This document shows positions 1 to 9,068 of a DNA stretch of 64,000 nt, piece after piece. A model generated the notes under the pieces. The model was not told the DNA's origin. It did no database searches and saw only the letters and a list, made by a program, of their open reading frames with translations. Location of the stretch: NCBI GenBank assembly GCA_018607785.1, contig JABBAU010000026.1:10749-74748 (forward strand). The letters are read 5' to 3'. The translations under genes were made by a program, and so were the position numbers. Each line of letters starts with the position of its first letter. Positions within the stretch are counted from its first letter, which is position 1. The stretch comes from Methylobacillus sp. GTDB lineage: Bacteria; Pseudomonadota; Gammaproteobacteria; Burkholderiales; Methylophilaceae.

Positions 1-71
1 TGGGGGATGAATCAAAAAATTTACTTCAACAATTTTTCCAAGAAAAAAGGACAAAAAAAAACCGTACATAA
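1..71 (+). CDS. tadA: 3' end of probable tRNA adenosine deaminase (partial)
   Basis: Frame from base 3 reads GDESKNLLQQFFQEKRTKKNRT*, resembling the TadA C-terminal helix (LLxxFFxxRR); only 22 residues visible. Confidence 0.5.
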   Translation, partial: GDESKNLLQQFFQEKRTKKNRT

Positions 72-87
72 TGATGCACGGTTTTTT
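53..87 (-). terminator. Intrinsic terminator (probably bidirectional) after yccA
   Basis: Minus strand CCGTGCAT-loop-ATGTACGG stem (one G-U) followed by a long T run; T6 on the + strand too. Confidence 0.75.
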
Positions 88-100
88 ATAAATATGAAAA

Positions 101-787
101 CTAGTCTCTATTACCCATCAGTGCCATCAACAGATGTAATAAGTGCACAAATAAGTTATAGATATTTAGATATAGCGCTAATGTAGCCATGATGTAGTTT
201 GTCTCACCGCCTCGAACGATTCTATTTACATCATATAAAATAAATCCAGAGAAAATAAGCACTGCAATCGATGAAATTGCTAATGACATCGCTGGTATTT
301 GGAAAAAGATATTTACTACCATTGCGAGGATTAATAGTAAAAGACCTATCATTAGAAACTTACCCATAAATGAAAAATCTCTTTTACTTGTTGTGGCTAT
401 TCCCGCCAAGACTAGAAAAATTGTTGCGGTTCCACCTGCAGCTAACCCTACAATTTGACCTCCATTACTCAAACTAAACGCTACCTGAAGGATTGGGCCT
501 AATAAAATACCCATCAAAAAAGTTAAACCGAGAAGAAAAACAACACCAAGGCTACTATTTCTGTTTGCTCTGATTAAGTAAAACATTCCAAACATTGCGC
601 CAAGGGTGACAATAAAAAATAAAATTGGGCTCTGAGCAGCAAAACCAAAATTCATTGACATCCCCATAAGTGCACCAATGAGTGTTGGAATGAGCGAAAA
701 GCCTAAAAGTGCATAAGTATTTCTTAAAACTTTATTAGTTGAAAGCTCAGATGGTGTCTGACTTGCAACATTAAAATTATCTGCCAT
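101..787 (-). CDS. yccA: Bax inhibitor-1/YccA family membrane protein
   Basis: NKVLRNTY start, about 7 TM segments, GGETNYIMATLALYL motif. Confidence 0.9.
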   Translation of the reverse strand: MADNFNVASQTPSELSTNKVLRNTYALLGFSLIPTLIGALMGMSMNFGFAAQSPILFFIVTLGAMFGMFYLIRANRNSSLGVVFLLGLTFLMGILLGPILQVAFSLSNGGQIVGLAAGGTATIFLVLAGIATTSKRDFSFMGKFLMIGLLLLILAMVVNIFFQIPAMSLAISSIAVLIFSGFILYDVNRIVRGGETNYIMATLALYLNIYNLFVHLLHLLMALMGNRD

Positions 788-833
788 GTTAGTAATTTTT
801 CCTTTAATTAAAAATAAATAGTTTTACAGTAAT

Positions 834-862
834 AGGATAAGGACTATATTGCTAAAGTTCAA
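834..862 (-). promoter_or_regulatory. Candidate sigma70 promoter for yccA
   Basis: TTGAAC-17 nt-TATCCT on the minus strand. Confidence 0.45.
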
Positions 863-891
863 GTAATTTACATTAGATTATTTAAGTTTTT

Positions 892-1917
892 TTATTGATT
901 TCTCAGCTTTAATAATATTTTTTTTATATCTTCAGCTCTCTCATTCTCGGCTACTGAGTCATGAATATTGTCTCTTGCATCATCTCTTCGCATAGCTAAT
1001 AATCTTTTGATTGACACTAAATCTTGATTCCATTCAAGATTTTCCAATAAAAAATCAATCTTACCTCCTTGGTTACAAACTAAAACCATGTCACAGCCGG
1101 CTTCTAGAGCTTTTTTTACTCTTAAGACTATGTTTTCTTCAAAAATTTGCGCGGCTCTCATCCCCATATCATCTGAAAAAATAGCTCCCTTAAAATTTAA
1201 AAGCCCCCTAAGCTGCTCTTTTAACCAAAATTCTGAAAAACCAGCAGGCTTTTGATCGCAGCTTAGATAAATTACATGGGATGGCATTACACCCCCCATA
1301 TTTTTTTTAATCAATTCATCAAAAACACGCATATCTTGGTTATGGATATCTTCATATGACCTATTGTCCATTGCTACTTCTAAGTGAGTATCTTCAAGAA
1401 TATAACCGTGCCCAGGAAAATGCTTACCAATACTCTGCATACCTCCAGACTTTAAGCCATCGGATAACGAAGAGGCAAGTTCAACAATTGGCTTAATTTC
1501 TTGATGGAAGGATCTATCGCCTATTACAGAGCTAGAACCAAAATTGATGTCTAGAACTGGGGTAAAGCTAAAATCAACATCACATTCAGCTAATTCTTTG
1601 GCAATTAGCCATCCACATAACTTTGCAATTTCTAACCCTTCTTTTTTATTGTGGTCATAAATTTGTCCAAGGAGAGCCATTTCTGGAATAAGAGTAAATT
1701 CCTCCCTAAATCTTTGAACCCTTCCCCCTTCATGATCAACAGCTATAAGAATATTTTTTTTAACCTTTCTAATTGAAGTTATTAGTGATTTTATTTGTTT
1801 TTTATTTTTATAGTTTCTTGAAAACAAAATCACGCCACCAACTAATTTATTTTGTAGCCTCTTTTCATCATTTTGAGAAAGTTCTATAGATTCGATATCG
1901 ATCATCAAGCAGGTCAT
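892..1917 (-). CDS. nagZ: Beta-N-acetylhexosaminidase (GH3)
   Basis: DHEGGRVQRF, KHFPGHG and DTH motifs; no signal peptide. Confidence 0.93.
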   Translation of the reverse strand: MTCLMIDIESIELSQNDEKRLQNKLVGGVILFSRNYKNKKQIKSLITSIRKVKKNILIAVDHEGGRVQRFREEFTLIPEMALLGQIYDHNKKEGLEIAKLCGWLIAKELAECDVDFSFTPVLDINFGSSSVIGDRSFHQEIKPIVELASSLSDGLKSGGMQSIGKHFPGHGYILEDTHLEVAMDNRSYEDIHNQDMRVFDELIKKNMGGVMPSHVIYLSCDQKPAGFSEFWLKEQLRGLLNFKGAIFSDDMGMRAAQIFEENIVLRVKKALEAGCDMVLVCNQGGKIDFLLENLEWNQDLVSIKRLLAMRRDDARDNIHDSVAENERAEDIKKILLKLRNQ

Positions 1918-1947
1918 TTTTAATATAATCCTAATAAAAATTTAAAT

Positions 1948-2739
1948 TTACTCATTATTCTTAATGCCCCAAAATTTATGAAAAAAATCTCCAACAAAAT
2001 TTATAGCAAAAACCATTGACATAATGCTTGCACCTACAAAAATTGCATAATGGGGCGCAGCAAGAAGATATCGCACACTATCTCTCATCATACCGCCCCA
2101 GGACGCTTCAGGTGGCTGTAAACCCAACCCTAAAAAAGAAAGGCTTGCTTCGGCAATAATCAAGCCTGCAACAGCATAGGTAGACTCCACAATTAAAGGG
2201 GTTGATATGGTTGGCAAGATATGAGAAAAAATTATTCTAGATTTTGAGCTGCCCATTGAGCGTGATGCTTTTACAAAATCTTGCTCTTTAATAAGTAAAG
2301 TTTGAGCTCTTGCGAGTCTTGCATAACCTACCCAGCCACCAATAGAAAGTGCAATTATTAAATTCAATTTTCCAGGAGTTAGAATAGCTGCAAAAGCAAT
2401 TGCGAGAAGAATTCCAGGAAAAGACATAAAAAGCGTAGTAATAAATTTTATAACCTGGTCAAACTTTCCTCCTATAAAACCTGATAGAACTCCTATAAAA
2501 ATTCCAAAAAAACTTGTGACGATAGTCACACTCAAAATTATCTCAAAGGAATTAATAAAGCCATCAACCAACCTAAAATAAATATCACGCCCATAATCAT
2601 CTTTGCCAAACCAATGATCTATATTTGGTGTTAAAAGAATTTCATTCAACTCCATAACACTTGAATCGTAAGTGCTAAAAATTTTAAATATAAGAGAACA
2701 GATCCAAAATAAAATTATTAATAAAGCTATTCTTTTCAT
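1948..2739 (-). CDS. Peptide ABC transporter permease (DppC/OppC-like)
   Basis: HWFGKDDYGRD, EAA-loop region, EASLSFLGLG. Confidence 0.9.
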   Translation of the reverse strand: MKRIALLIILFWICSLIFKIFSTYDSSVMELNEILLTPNIDHWFGKDDYGRDIYFRLVDGFINSFEIILSVTIVTSFFGIFIGVLSGFIGGKFDQVIKFITTLFMSFPGILLAIAFAAILTPGKLNLIIALSIGGWVGYARLARAQTLLIKEQDFVKASRSMGSSKSRIIFSHILPTISTPLIVESTYAVAGLIIAEASLSFLGLGLQPPEASWGGMMRDSVRYLLAAPHYAIFVGASIMSMVFAINFVGDFFHKFWGIKNNE

Positions 2740-3650
2740 GAACTTTGATGCCTCATTCTTGGGTCAAAAAATCTATAAGCAATTTCAGTTAGAAGATTTA
2801 TTAACACATATGAGGATGCAATAATTAATATGCAAGCTTGTGTTACTGGGTAATCTCTTGTTTGAATCGATGTGATCAGTAATTTACCCAAACCATCCCA
2901 GTTAAAAAGTGTTTCTGTGATAACGGCACCTGACAATAATGAACCAAATTGCATACCAATTAAAGTAATAAGAGGAATCAAAACCAATCTAAACATATGA
3001 TGTAAAGTAATTCCAAACTCACCTAAACCCTTCGCCCTAGCAGTTCTTACAACATCTGAATTTATAATCTCTATCATACAATTACGTGTCATTTTTATAA
3101 TAACGGCAAGTAAGCCAAGAGCCAGTGTGATTGCAGGTAAAATAATTGCATATTTACCCTCCATACCACTCACGGGGAGCCAACCTAAATAAATTGACAT
3201 CACTAAAATTAACAATGGACCAAGAAAAAAATGTGGGATGGAAATAAAAAATAAACTTAAGTTTATTATGCACCTGTCAATCAATCTGCCCTCAAATTTT
3301 GCTGCTAAAATACCTCCAACAAAACCAAAAAAAAGTGCGATGCATAATGCTAAAGTAGCTAGTAAATATGTATTTTTTATGGCGTCAAATAATTGCTCTT
3401 TAATCGGCATATTGGTTAAGATTGAATTGCCAAAATTCCCCTGGGTAAGTTGACTGATTGAATTTGCCATTTGTACAATAATGGGTTTATCAAGCCCGAG
3501 TTCATTTCTTAATTTTTCTTGATCAGCTAATGAGGCTGACTCTCCCATCATTACCATCACCGGATCACCTGGAATAAGATGCAGTATCAGAAAAGTTATA
3601 ACAAAAATGCCGAGAACTTGACAAATACTTGTTAACAATAATTTGAACAA
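2736..3650 (-). CDS. Peptide ABC transporter permease (DppB/OppB-like)
   Basis: PGDP, RTARAKG, RDYP, DPR motifs; TTG start. Confidence 0.9.
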   Translation of the reverse strand: MFKLLLTSICQVLGIFVITFLILHLIPGDPVMVMMGESASLADQEKLRNELGLDKPIIVQMANSISQLTQGNFGNSILTNMPIKEQLFDAIKNTYLLATLALCIALFFGFVGGILAAKFEGRLIDRCIINLSLFFISIPHFFLGPLLILVMSIYLGWLPVSGMEGKYAIILPAITLALGLLAVIIKMTRNCMIEIINSDVVRTARAKGLGEFGITLHHMFRLVLIPLITLIGMQFGSLLSGAVITETLFNWDGLGKLLITSIQTRDYPVTQACILIIASSYVLINLLTEIAYRFFDPRMRHQSS

Positions 3651-3652
3651 AA

Positions 3653-4156
3653 TTAATTCTCGCTTATAAGAACATGAGTTCCTATTGAAATTAGATTAAA
3701 AAGTTCAATAACATCCCTATTACCCATTCTTATACATCCCTCTGAAGCGGGATGGCCTAAGTCATTTTCGTAGGGTGTTCCATGGATGTATATATAACGT
3801 TGCATCGTATCAACATCTCCAAGTCTATTAAATCCTAGTTCAAGGCCTGATAACCAAATAATCCTTGTTAGTATCCAATCTTTTTTAGGATGACGTTCAG
3901 AGTCTTCAGAAGTCCAGACTTTATTTGCAGGTCTTCGGGCAGAAAAAACTGTAAATATAGGCAGAGAATCCCCAATTTTGGCTCTAACCACATGTTTTCC
4001 AAGGGGAGTTTGATAACTATTTTTTTGTTGTCCTAGGCCTCTTTTTGCGGTGGAAACAGAAAATCTTTTGACAAGAACATCCCTATCATAAAGTGACAAC
4101 ATCTGATTTTTAATCGAGATATTTATATAAGTATTACTATTTTTTTTTAATACCAT
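3653..4156 (-). CDS. YkuD-domain L,D-transpeptidase family protein (ElsL/LdtK-like)
   Basis: YIYIHGT...SEGCIRM catalytic His/Cys motif; DWILTRIIWLSG; no signal peptide. Confidence 0.85.
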   Translation of the reverse strand: MVLKKNSNTYINISIKNQMLSLYDRDVLVKRFSVSTAKRGLGQQKNSYQTPLGKHVVRAKIGDSLPIFTVFSARRPANKVWTSEDSERHPKKDWILTRIIWLSGLELGFNRLGDVDTMQRYIYIHGTPYENDLGHPASEGCIRMGNRDVIELFNLISIGTHVLISEN

Positions 4157-5588
4157 TTAATCCATTCCAACTTCCATCAAGTGAGAGCTTATAATCTGAT
4201 ATATTTTTTCTAAAAGCTACAAAACTTCCCTCAAACCAGAGCGGGATTAATCCTACATCCTGATAAGCTTTTAATATTACCTTATTCCAATCATTTCTTT
4301 CCATTGCCTCTAATAAAAGAGTATCCATCTTATTATCAATATATTGTCCCCTGTTTAAACCTTGAGGTGGTAGTTGAGTTGATGAGAAAATTTTAAAATA
4401 TATATCTGGGTTAGTTATACCTACCCAAGTTAAAGTATATAACTCAAAATTACCAGTCTGGATATCCCTGAAGAAAGTCCCCCAATCCAAAGACTTAATT
4501 TGAAGATTTATTCCGACATCTTTTAACTGATTTTGTATGATTGTGGCAATCTTTACTCTAAATGGGTCAGTGGAAGTTTTTAAAACGAGTTTAATGGGCT
4601 TAGATAAATTAATTTCTGAGATTAATCTTCTTGCCTGATCAGGATCGAAATTGTTTTCGTTAAAAGCAAAACTAGCCCAATGCTCAGGAGGAAGTATTTG
4701 AGAAGAGAGTCTTGATTTTTCTGGTAAAAAATATTCCAATATTTCACTTTGATTTATCGCCATTGATATGGCTAATCTCAACTTCTTATTTCTAAGATTT
4801 TTATCTTTAAAATTAAATCCTACGTAAGATATATTTGAACCAAAGCCACCGATAATATTTAAATCTTTATTTTCTTCAATGAGCTTTATCATTTCTAAGG
4901 GAAGATCATTTTGAATCAAGTCTATCTCACCATTGATAAGTTTTAACACCCTGACAGTTGGGTCCTTAACCTCAATTAAATTTATCTTCTGACCATCACT
5001 TCTTCTTGCCAGTTTTATATAGGGTGAGCTTTGCATCAATTCAAAAGGTCCTGAACCTATAGGTCTCTCTGAAAATTTATGGTTTTGAATTAGTTGCTCT
5101 TTTGGAAGAATAAAAAAATTTAGTTGAGATAAAAAATTTGGTTCTTTTTTTAAAAGATTAATATAAAAAATTGTATTAGATTTTTTTTCGATAGACCTTA
5201 TATTTCTTAATTGCTGAAAATACGTTGAAGTTGAAAGATTTTTTAAGTCCCTTAGGGTGTTTATAATGTCATGAATATCCATGACTTTACCGCCTTTAAA
5301 AACAGGCAAGCTTTTATTTAACCGAAAGAAATATTGCAGATCATTATTTTTTTTAAAAGTCACCACATCTGATCTTGGTAAAAAGTTTTCATCAAGATAG
5401 ATAAAAGGGGTATATATCAAGTGAGATAACTTTTTTGAAGCAGCGTCTGATTGAAATCTCGGATCAAGTTGTTGGGGCTTTTGGGCAATTCCAAAGCTAA
5501 TAACATCATCATTAAGCTTTTCTGAACAACCTATAGATAAGAGGGCCAACAAAAAATATAAAGATATTTTTTGAAGTAGCTCCATCAT
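4137..5588 (-). CDS. Family 5 peptide ABC substrate-binding lipoprotein
   Basis: Lipobox LSIGC; LDP and PIGSGPF motifs. Confidence 0.85.
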   Translation of the reverse strand: MMELLQKISLYFLLALLSIGCSEKLNDDVISFGIAQKPQQLDPRFQSDAASKKLSHLIYTPFIYLDENFLPRSDVVTFKKNNDLQYFFRLNKSLPVFKGGKVMDIHDIINTLRDLKNLSTSTYFQQLRNIRSIEKKSNTIFYINLLKKEPNFLSQLNFFILPKEQLIQNHKFSERPIGSGPFELMQSSPYIKLARRSDGQKINLIEVKDPTVRVLKLINGEIDLIQNDLPLEMIKLIEENKDLNIIGGFGSNISYVGFNFKDKNLRNKKLRLAISMAINQSEILEYFLPEKSRLSSQILPPEHWASFAFNENNFDPDQARRLISEINLSKPIKLVLKTSTDPFRVKIATIIQNQLKDVGINLQIKSLDWGTFFRDIQTGNFELYTLTWVGITNPDIYFKIFSSTQLPPQGLNRGQYIDNKMDTLLLEAMERNDWNKVILKAYQDVGLIPLWFEGSFVAFRKNISDYKLSLDGSWNGLNGIKKK

Positions 5589-5625
5589 TATATTAAATTA
5601 TTTAAAAAATTTATAAAATCAAATT

Positions 5626-6399
5626 TCATGTCCATGCTTTTAAGAAATTATCCCAATGAGATTTTTTATACCCGCTAATTATATTTCTAAAGTTATCTAT
5701 CTCATTTTTGTAAGCTGTTGCGGTTAATTCATTTTTTGACAATAGATATCTCAAATAAACTAAGTATGTATTTGCTACATCAGTTTCACAATAATTTCTA
5801 ATAGACGCTAAATCACCGTTTAAAAATGTCTCCCATACCCTTCCTCCATCCATATCAAGCTTTCCAGGAAAACCATATATTTTGCAAATTTCATTTAACG
5901 ATGCATTATTTCTGCCACTATATAAAGCTAATATATCCATTAAATCAAGGTGCCTTCGATGATATCTGCTCATATAATTATTCCATTTGAACTCAGATTG
6001 ATTTTCACCTGTTTCAAAATAAGTTTCAGATGAAATTTGGTTTGCAAGTGCTCGATAGTTTAAAACAGGTAAATCAAATCCACTGCCATTCCAGGATACT
6101 AGATTTGGAATATACTTATCTAATCCGTCAAAAAAATGCTTTAAGATTCCCCCCTCACTAGTGTCTTCGTCCCCAAGTGTCCATACCTCTAATCTATCAT
6201 CTGTCTTTAACACGCATGAGATTGCAACAATTTGCTGAAGGTGGAGAGGTAAAAAATCGTGGCCAACTTTTTGACGTCTTTTAAAATTAGCTATATTTAC
6301 TACATCAAAATCAGATAGGCTTGCATTGAGGTTATAAATTTTCCTAATGTTTTTAATATCAGGAATTGTTTCTAAATCAAAGATGAGGGTCGGCGTCAA
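5626..6399 (-). CDS. PolB-like 3'-5' exonuclease
   Basis: FDLET, WNGSGFDLP and YCETD exonuclease motifs. Confidence 0.85.
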   Translation of the reverse strand: MTPTLIFDLETIPDIKNIRKIYNLNASLSDFDVVNIANFKRRQKVGHDFLPLHLQQIVAISCVLKTDDRLEVWTLGDEDTSEGGILKHFFDGLDKYIPNLVSWNGSGFDLPVLNYRALANQISSETYFETGENQSEFKWNNYMSRYHRRHLDLMDILALYSGRNNASLNEICKIYGFPGKLDMDGGRVWETFLNGDLASIRNYCETDVANTYLVYLRYLLSKNELTATAYKNEIDNFRNIISGYKKSHWDNFLKAWT

Positions 6400-6402
6400 A
6401 AT

Positions 6403-7290
6403 TTATTCTGGAAATATGCCGGTTGATAAATATCGATCTCCCCTATCACAAGCGATTGAGACAATATGAGAATTAGGGTTTTGTTTTGCAATTTGCATTG
6501 CCACATAAAGCGCTCCCCCTGTAGATGCTCCAGAGAAAACACCCTCCTCCCTCGCTAAGTTTCTTGCTGTCTCTTCAGCATTTTCTTGAGAAACATTTAC
6601 AATTTCGTCAATATTTTGGTCTGAAAAAATTTTGGGTAAATATTCTTTTGGCCATTTTCTAATTCCAGGAATTTGTGCTCCATCTTCAGGCTGGACACCA
6701 ATTATTTTAATATCCTGATTTTTTTCTTTTAAAAATTTTGAAGTTCCAACGATAGTTCCTGTTGTACCCATACTTGAGACAAAATGGGTTATCTTGTTAT
6801 TTGTATCTCGCCATATTTCTGGTCCTGTTCCTTCGTAATGGGCTTTGGGGTTATTTTTGTTGCCAAATTGGTCTAAAACAATACCTTTACCTTTTTTTTG
6901 CATTTCAAGCGCGGTATCTCTTGCAAGTTCCATACTTCCCTCCTGAGAAGTAAGCACTAATTCTGCACCGAAAGCTTTCATCGTTTGTCTTCGTTCAACT
7001 GATTGATTCTCTGGCATGATTAATATCATTTTGTAACCCTTCATAGCTGACACCATTGCTAATGCAATTCCTGTATTTCCTGAGGTGGCTTCGATTAGAG
7101 TATCACCAGGTTTAATTTTTCCTGAAATTTCAGCTTCCTTAATCATATAATAAGCCGGTCTATCTTTAACCGATCCTGCGGGATTATTTCCTTCTAGTTT
7201 AAGATATATTTCTCCAGCTCCAGAACTATTGAGTCTTTTAATTCTTGCTAAAGGTGTGTTGCCAATTGTATTTTCAAGTGTATTTTTCAT
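6403..7290 (-). CDS. cysM: Cysteine synthase B
   Basis: IGNTPL, GSVKDR PLP lysine, TSGNTG; start moved to ATG 7290, overlapping the dsbB stop. Confidence 0.92.
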   Translation of the reverse strand: MKNTLENTIGNTPLARIKRLNSSGAGEIYLKLEGNNPAGSVKDRPAYYMIKEAEISGKIKPGDTLIEATSGNTGIALAMVSAMKGYKMILIMPENQSVERRQTMKAFGAELVLTSQEGSMELARDTALEMQKKGKGIVLDQFGNKNNPKAHYEGTGPEIWRDTNNKITHFVSSMGTTGTIVGTSKFLKEKNQDIKIIGVQPEDGAQIPGIRKWPKEYLPKIFSDQNIDEIVNVSQENAEETARNLAREEGVFSGASTGGALYVAMQIAKQNPNSHIVSIACDRGDRYLSTGIFPE

Positions 7291-7784
7291 TTTTGATATT
7301 TTTTGAAGATATATATCGTTATAAAGATTAATAAAAGGTAATTCAGTAAGGCAAGCTGAGGTAGTGTTATCCCAAACAAGGTCCATTCAATTGATGAGCA
7401 GTCACCTGCGCCACGGAATAATAATCCAAATGCTTCTGACAAAGGAAAACTATCAAACATATAATCAAGATCTAATCCACATTCAGCAGGCACAGAGATT
7501 ATTTTACTTTGAATCAATATATGTCTTACTGAAAAAACAACGCCTGTGATATTAATCAATAACAATGAAAAAAAATGTAGAAGTCTTATTATTTTGATGG
7601 GGTTAAAAAAGCTAAACAAAACAAACACACCCCCTGCAATAATAAAAATTATCCTCTGGGTTATACATAATGGGCATGGCTCTAGCTGAAACTTTTCTTG
7701 TATAAATAGTGCTGTAAGAACTAAGAAAAAAGAAAATAAAGCAGCTAAGAGATTAATTGCTTTAAAAGATAAATTAAATTTCAT
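7287..7784 (-). CDS. dsbB: Disulfide bond formation protein B
   Basis: EPCPLCITQR, second Cys pair, 4 TM segments. Confidence 0.9.
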   Translation of the reverse strand: MKFNLSFKAINLLAALFSFFLVLTALFIQEKFQLEPCPLCITQRIIFIIAGGVFVLFSFFNPIKIIRLLHFFSLLLINITGVVFSVRHILIQSKIISVPAECGLDLDYMFDSFPLSEAFGLLFRGAGDCSSIEWTLFGITLPQLALLNYLLLIFITIYIFKKYQK

Positions 7785-7841
7785 TATATTTAAAATTTTC
7801 TATAAAAGTCCTATAATATTAACTCATTAAATGAGAATATT

Positions 7842-9068
7842 TTGAATACTCCTATCATAAACGACTTTATTTCTGATGAACTAAAAATTTTCTCAGTCTC
7901 TGAAATTAATCGTCTTGTAAAAAAAACATTGGCCGACACATTTGATTCTCTATGGATTAAAGGAGAGGTATCAAACTTCACAAAGGCAAGTTCTGGGCAT
8001 TGGTACTTCACGCTTAAGGATAAAACCTCTCAAGTAAGGTGTACTATGTTTCGTGGCAAAAATAATTTTGTCAACTGGGAAATGAATGATGGCGATCTTG
8101 TGGAGGTACATTGTGATGTTGGGTTATATGAAGCTAGAGGTGAGTATCAATTAAATGTCAATAAAATTCAAAAGTCGGGCCTTGGAAAATTGTTTGAGGC
8201 CTATCAATTATTAAAAAATAAATTAGAAAAAGAAGGACTTTTTGATGAAATAAACAAAAAAAATATACCAAAAAATGTGAAAACAGTTGGTGTTATTACA
8301 TCTGAAAGTGGCGCTGTAATCCAAGACATCATAAGCACAATGAATAGACGGAATAAATATATCAAAATCATAGTTTATCCAACCCAAGTTCAAGGGCTCG
8401 CTTCAATTAATAATATTATCAGCGCAATTAAAACTGCAAACATCAGAAATGAAGTTGATGTCTTAATCGTTTCACGAGGAGGTGGTTCTATTGAGGACTT
8501 ATGGGCTTTTAATGATGAAAAAGTTGTGAGATCGATTGCTGCATCAAATATAGCCACCATATCTGCTATCGGTCATGAAACAGATTTCACATTAGCAGAT
8601 TTTGTCGCCGATCTGAGGGCCCCCACACCAACGGCAGCTGCCGAAATGGTCAGTAATGAATTATCTATTCTGCTTGAGAAAATCTCTTCAATTCAAATAG
8701 ATATTTCTAATTTAATGCAAAATAAACTCTATGAAATCTATCAAAAATTAGACCAATATGAGAAAAGGTTACTTTCCCCTCATGAAAAAATTAAAACCCA
8801 TATTATGCTTGTTCACAATTTTTATAAAAGGATTCAGTTTTCAATGCTTAGGTGTTTAGATTCATATCAGAATAAAGTTGAATCATTGGAGCAAAGTCTA
8901 ATCTTACTTGACCCAAATAAAATTTTATCAAGGGGATACGCTATAGCTTTTGACGAGAAAAATAAATCCATCACTAATTCTGATAATACTTTTGTCAATG
9001 ATAAAATTAAAATTAAGTTGCATCATGGATTATTGCACGCTTCAGTTACAGACAAAATAAATGAATAA
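7842..9068 (+). CDS. xseA: Exodeoxyribonuclease VII large subunit
   Basis: SGHWYFTLKD, RGGGSIEDLW, GHETD, TPTAAA. Confidence 0.95.
   Translation: MNTPIINDFISDELKIFSVSEINRLVKKTLADTFDSLWIKGEVSNFTKASSGHWYFTLKDKTSQVRCTMFRGKNNFVNWEMNDGDLVEVHCDVGLYEARGEYQLNVNKIQKSGLGKLFEAYQLLKNKLEKEGLFDEINKKNIPKNVKTVGVITSESGAVIQDIISTMNRRNKYIKIIVYPTQVQGLASINNIISAIKTANIRNEVDVLIVSRGGGSIEDLWAFNDEKVVRSIAASNIATISAIGHETDFTLADFVADLRAPTPTAAAEMVSNELSILLEKISSIQIDISNLMQNKLYEIYQKLDQYEKRLLSPHEKIKTHIMLVHNFYKRIQFSMLRCLDSYQNKVESLEQSLILLDPNKILSRGYAIAFDEKNKSITNSDNTFVNDKIKIKLHHGLLHASVTDKINE

Noticed and set aside
5626..6399. PolB-like exonuclease as a defence or phage gene
   Set aside because: Commonly found near cysM in core genomes; no mobile or defence context
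7291..7386. N-terminal extension of CysM in the ORF track
   Set aside because: Lies inside dsbB; homology begins at MKNTLENT (7290)
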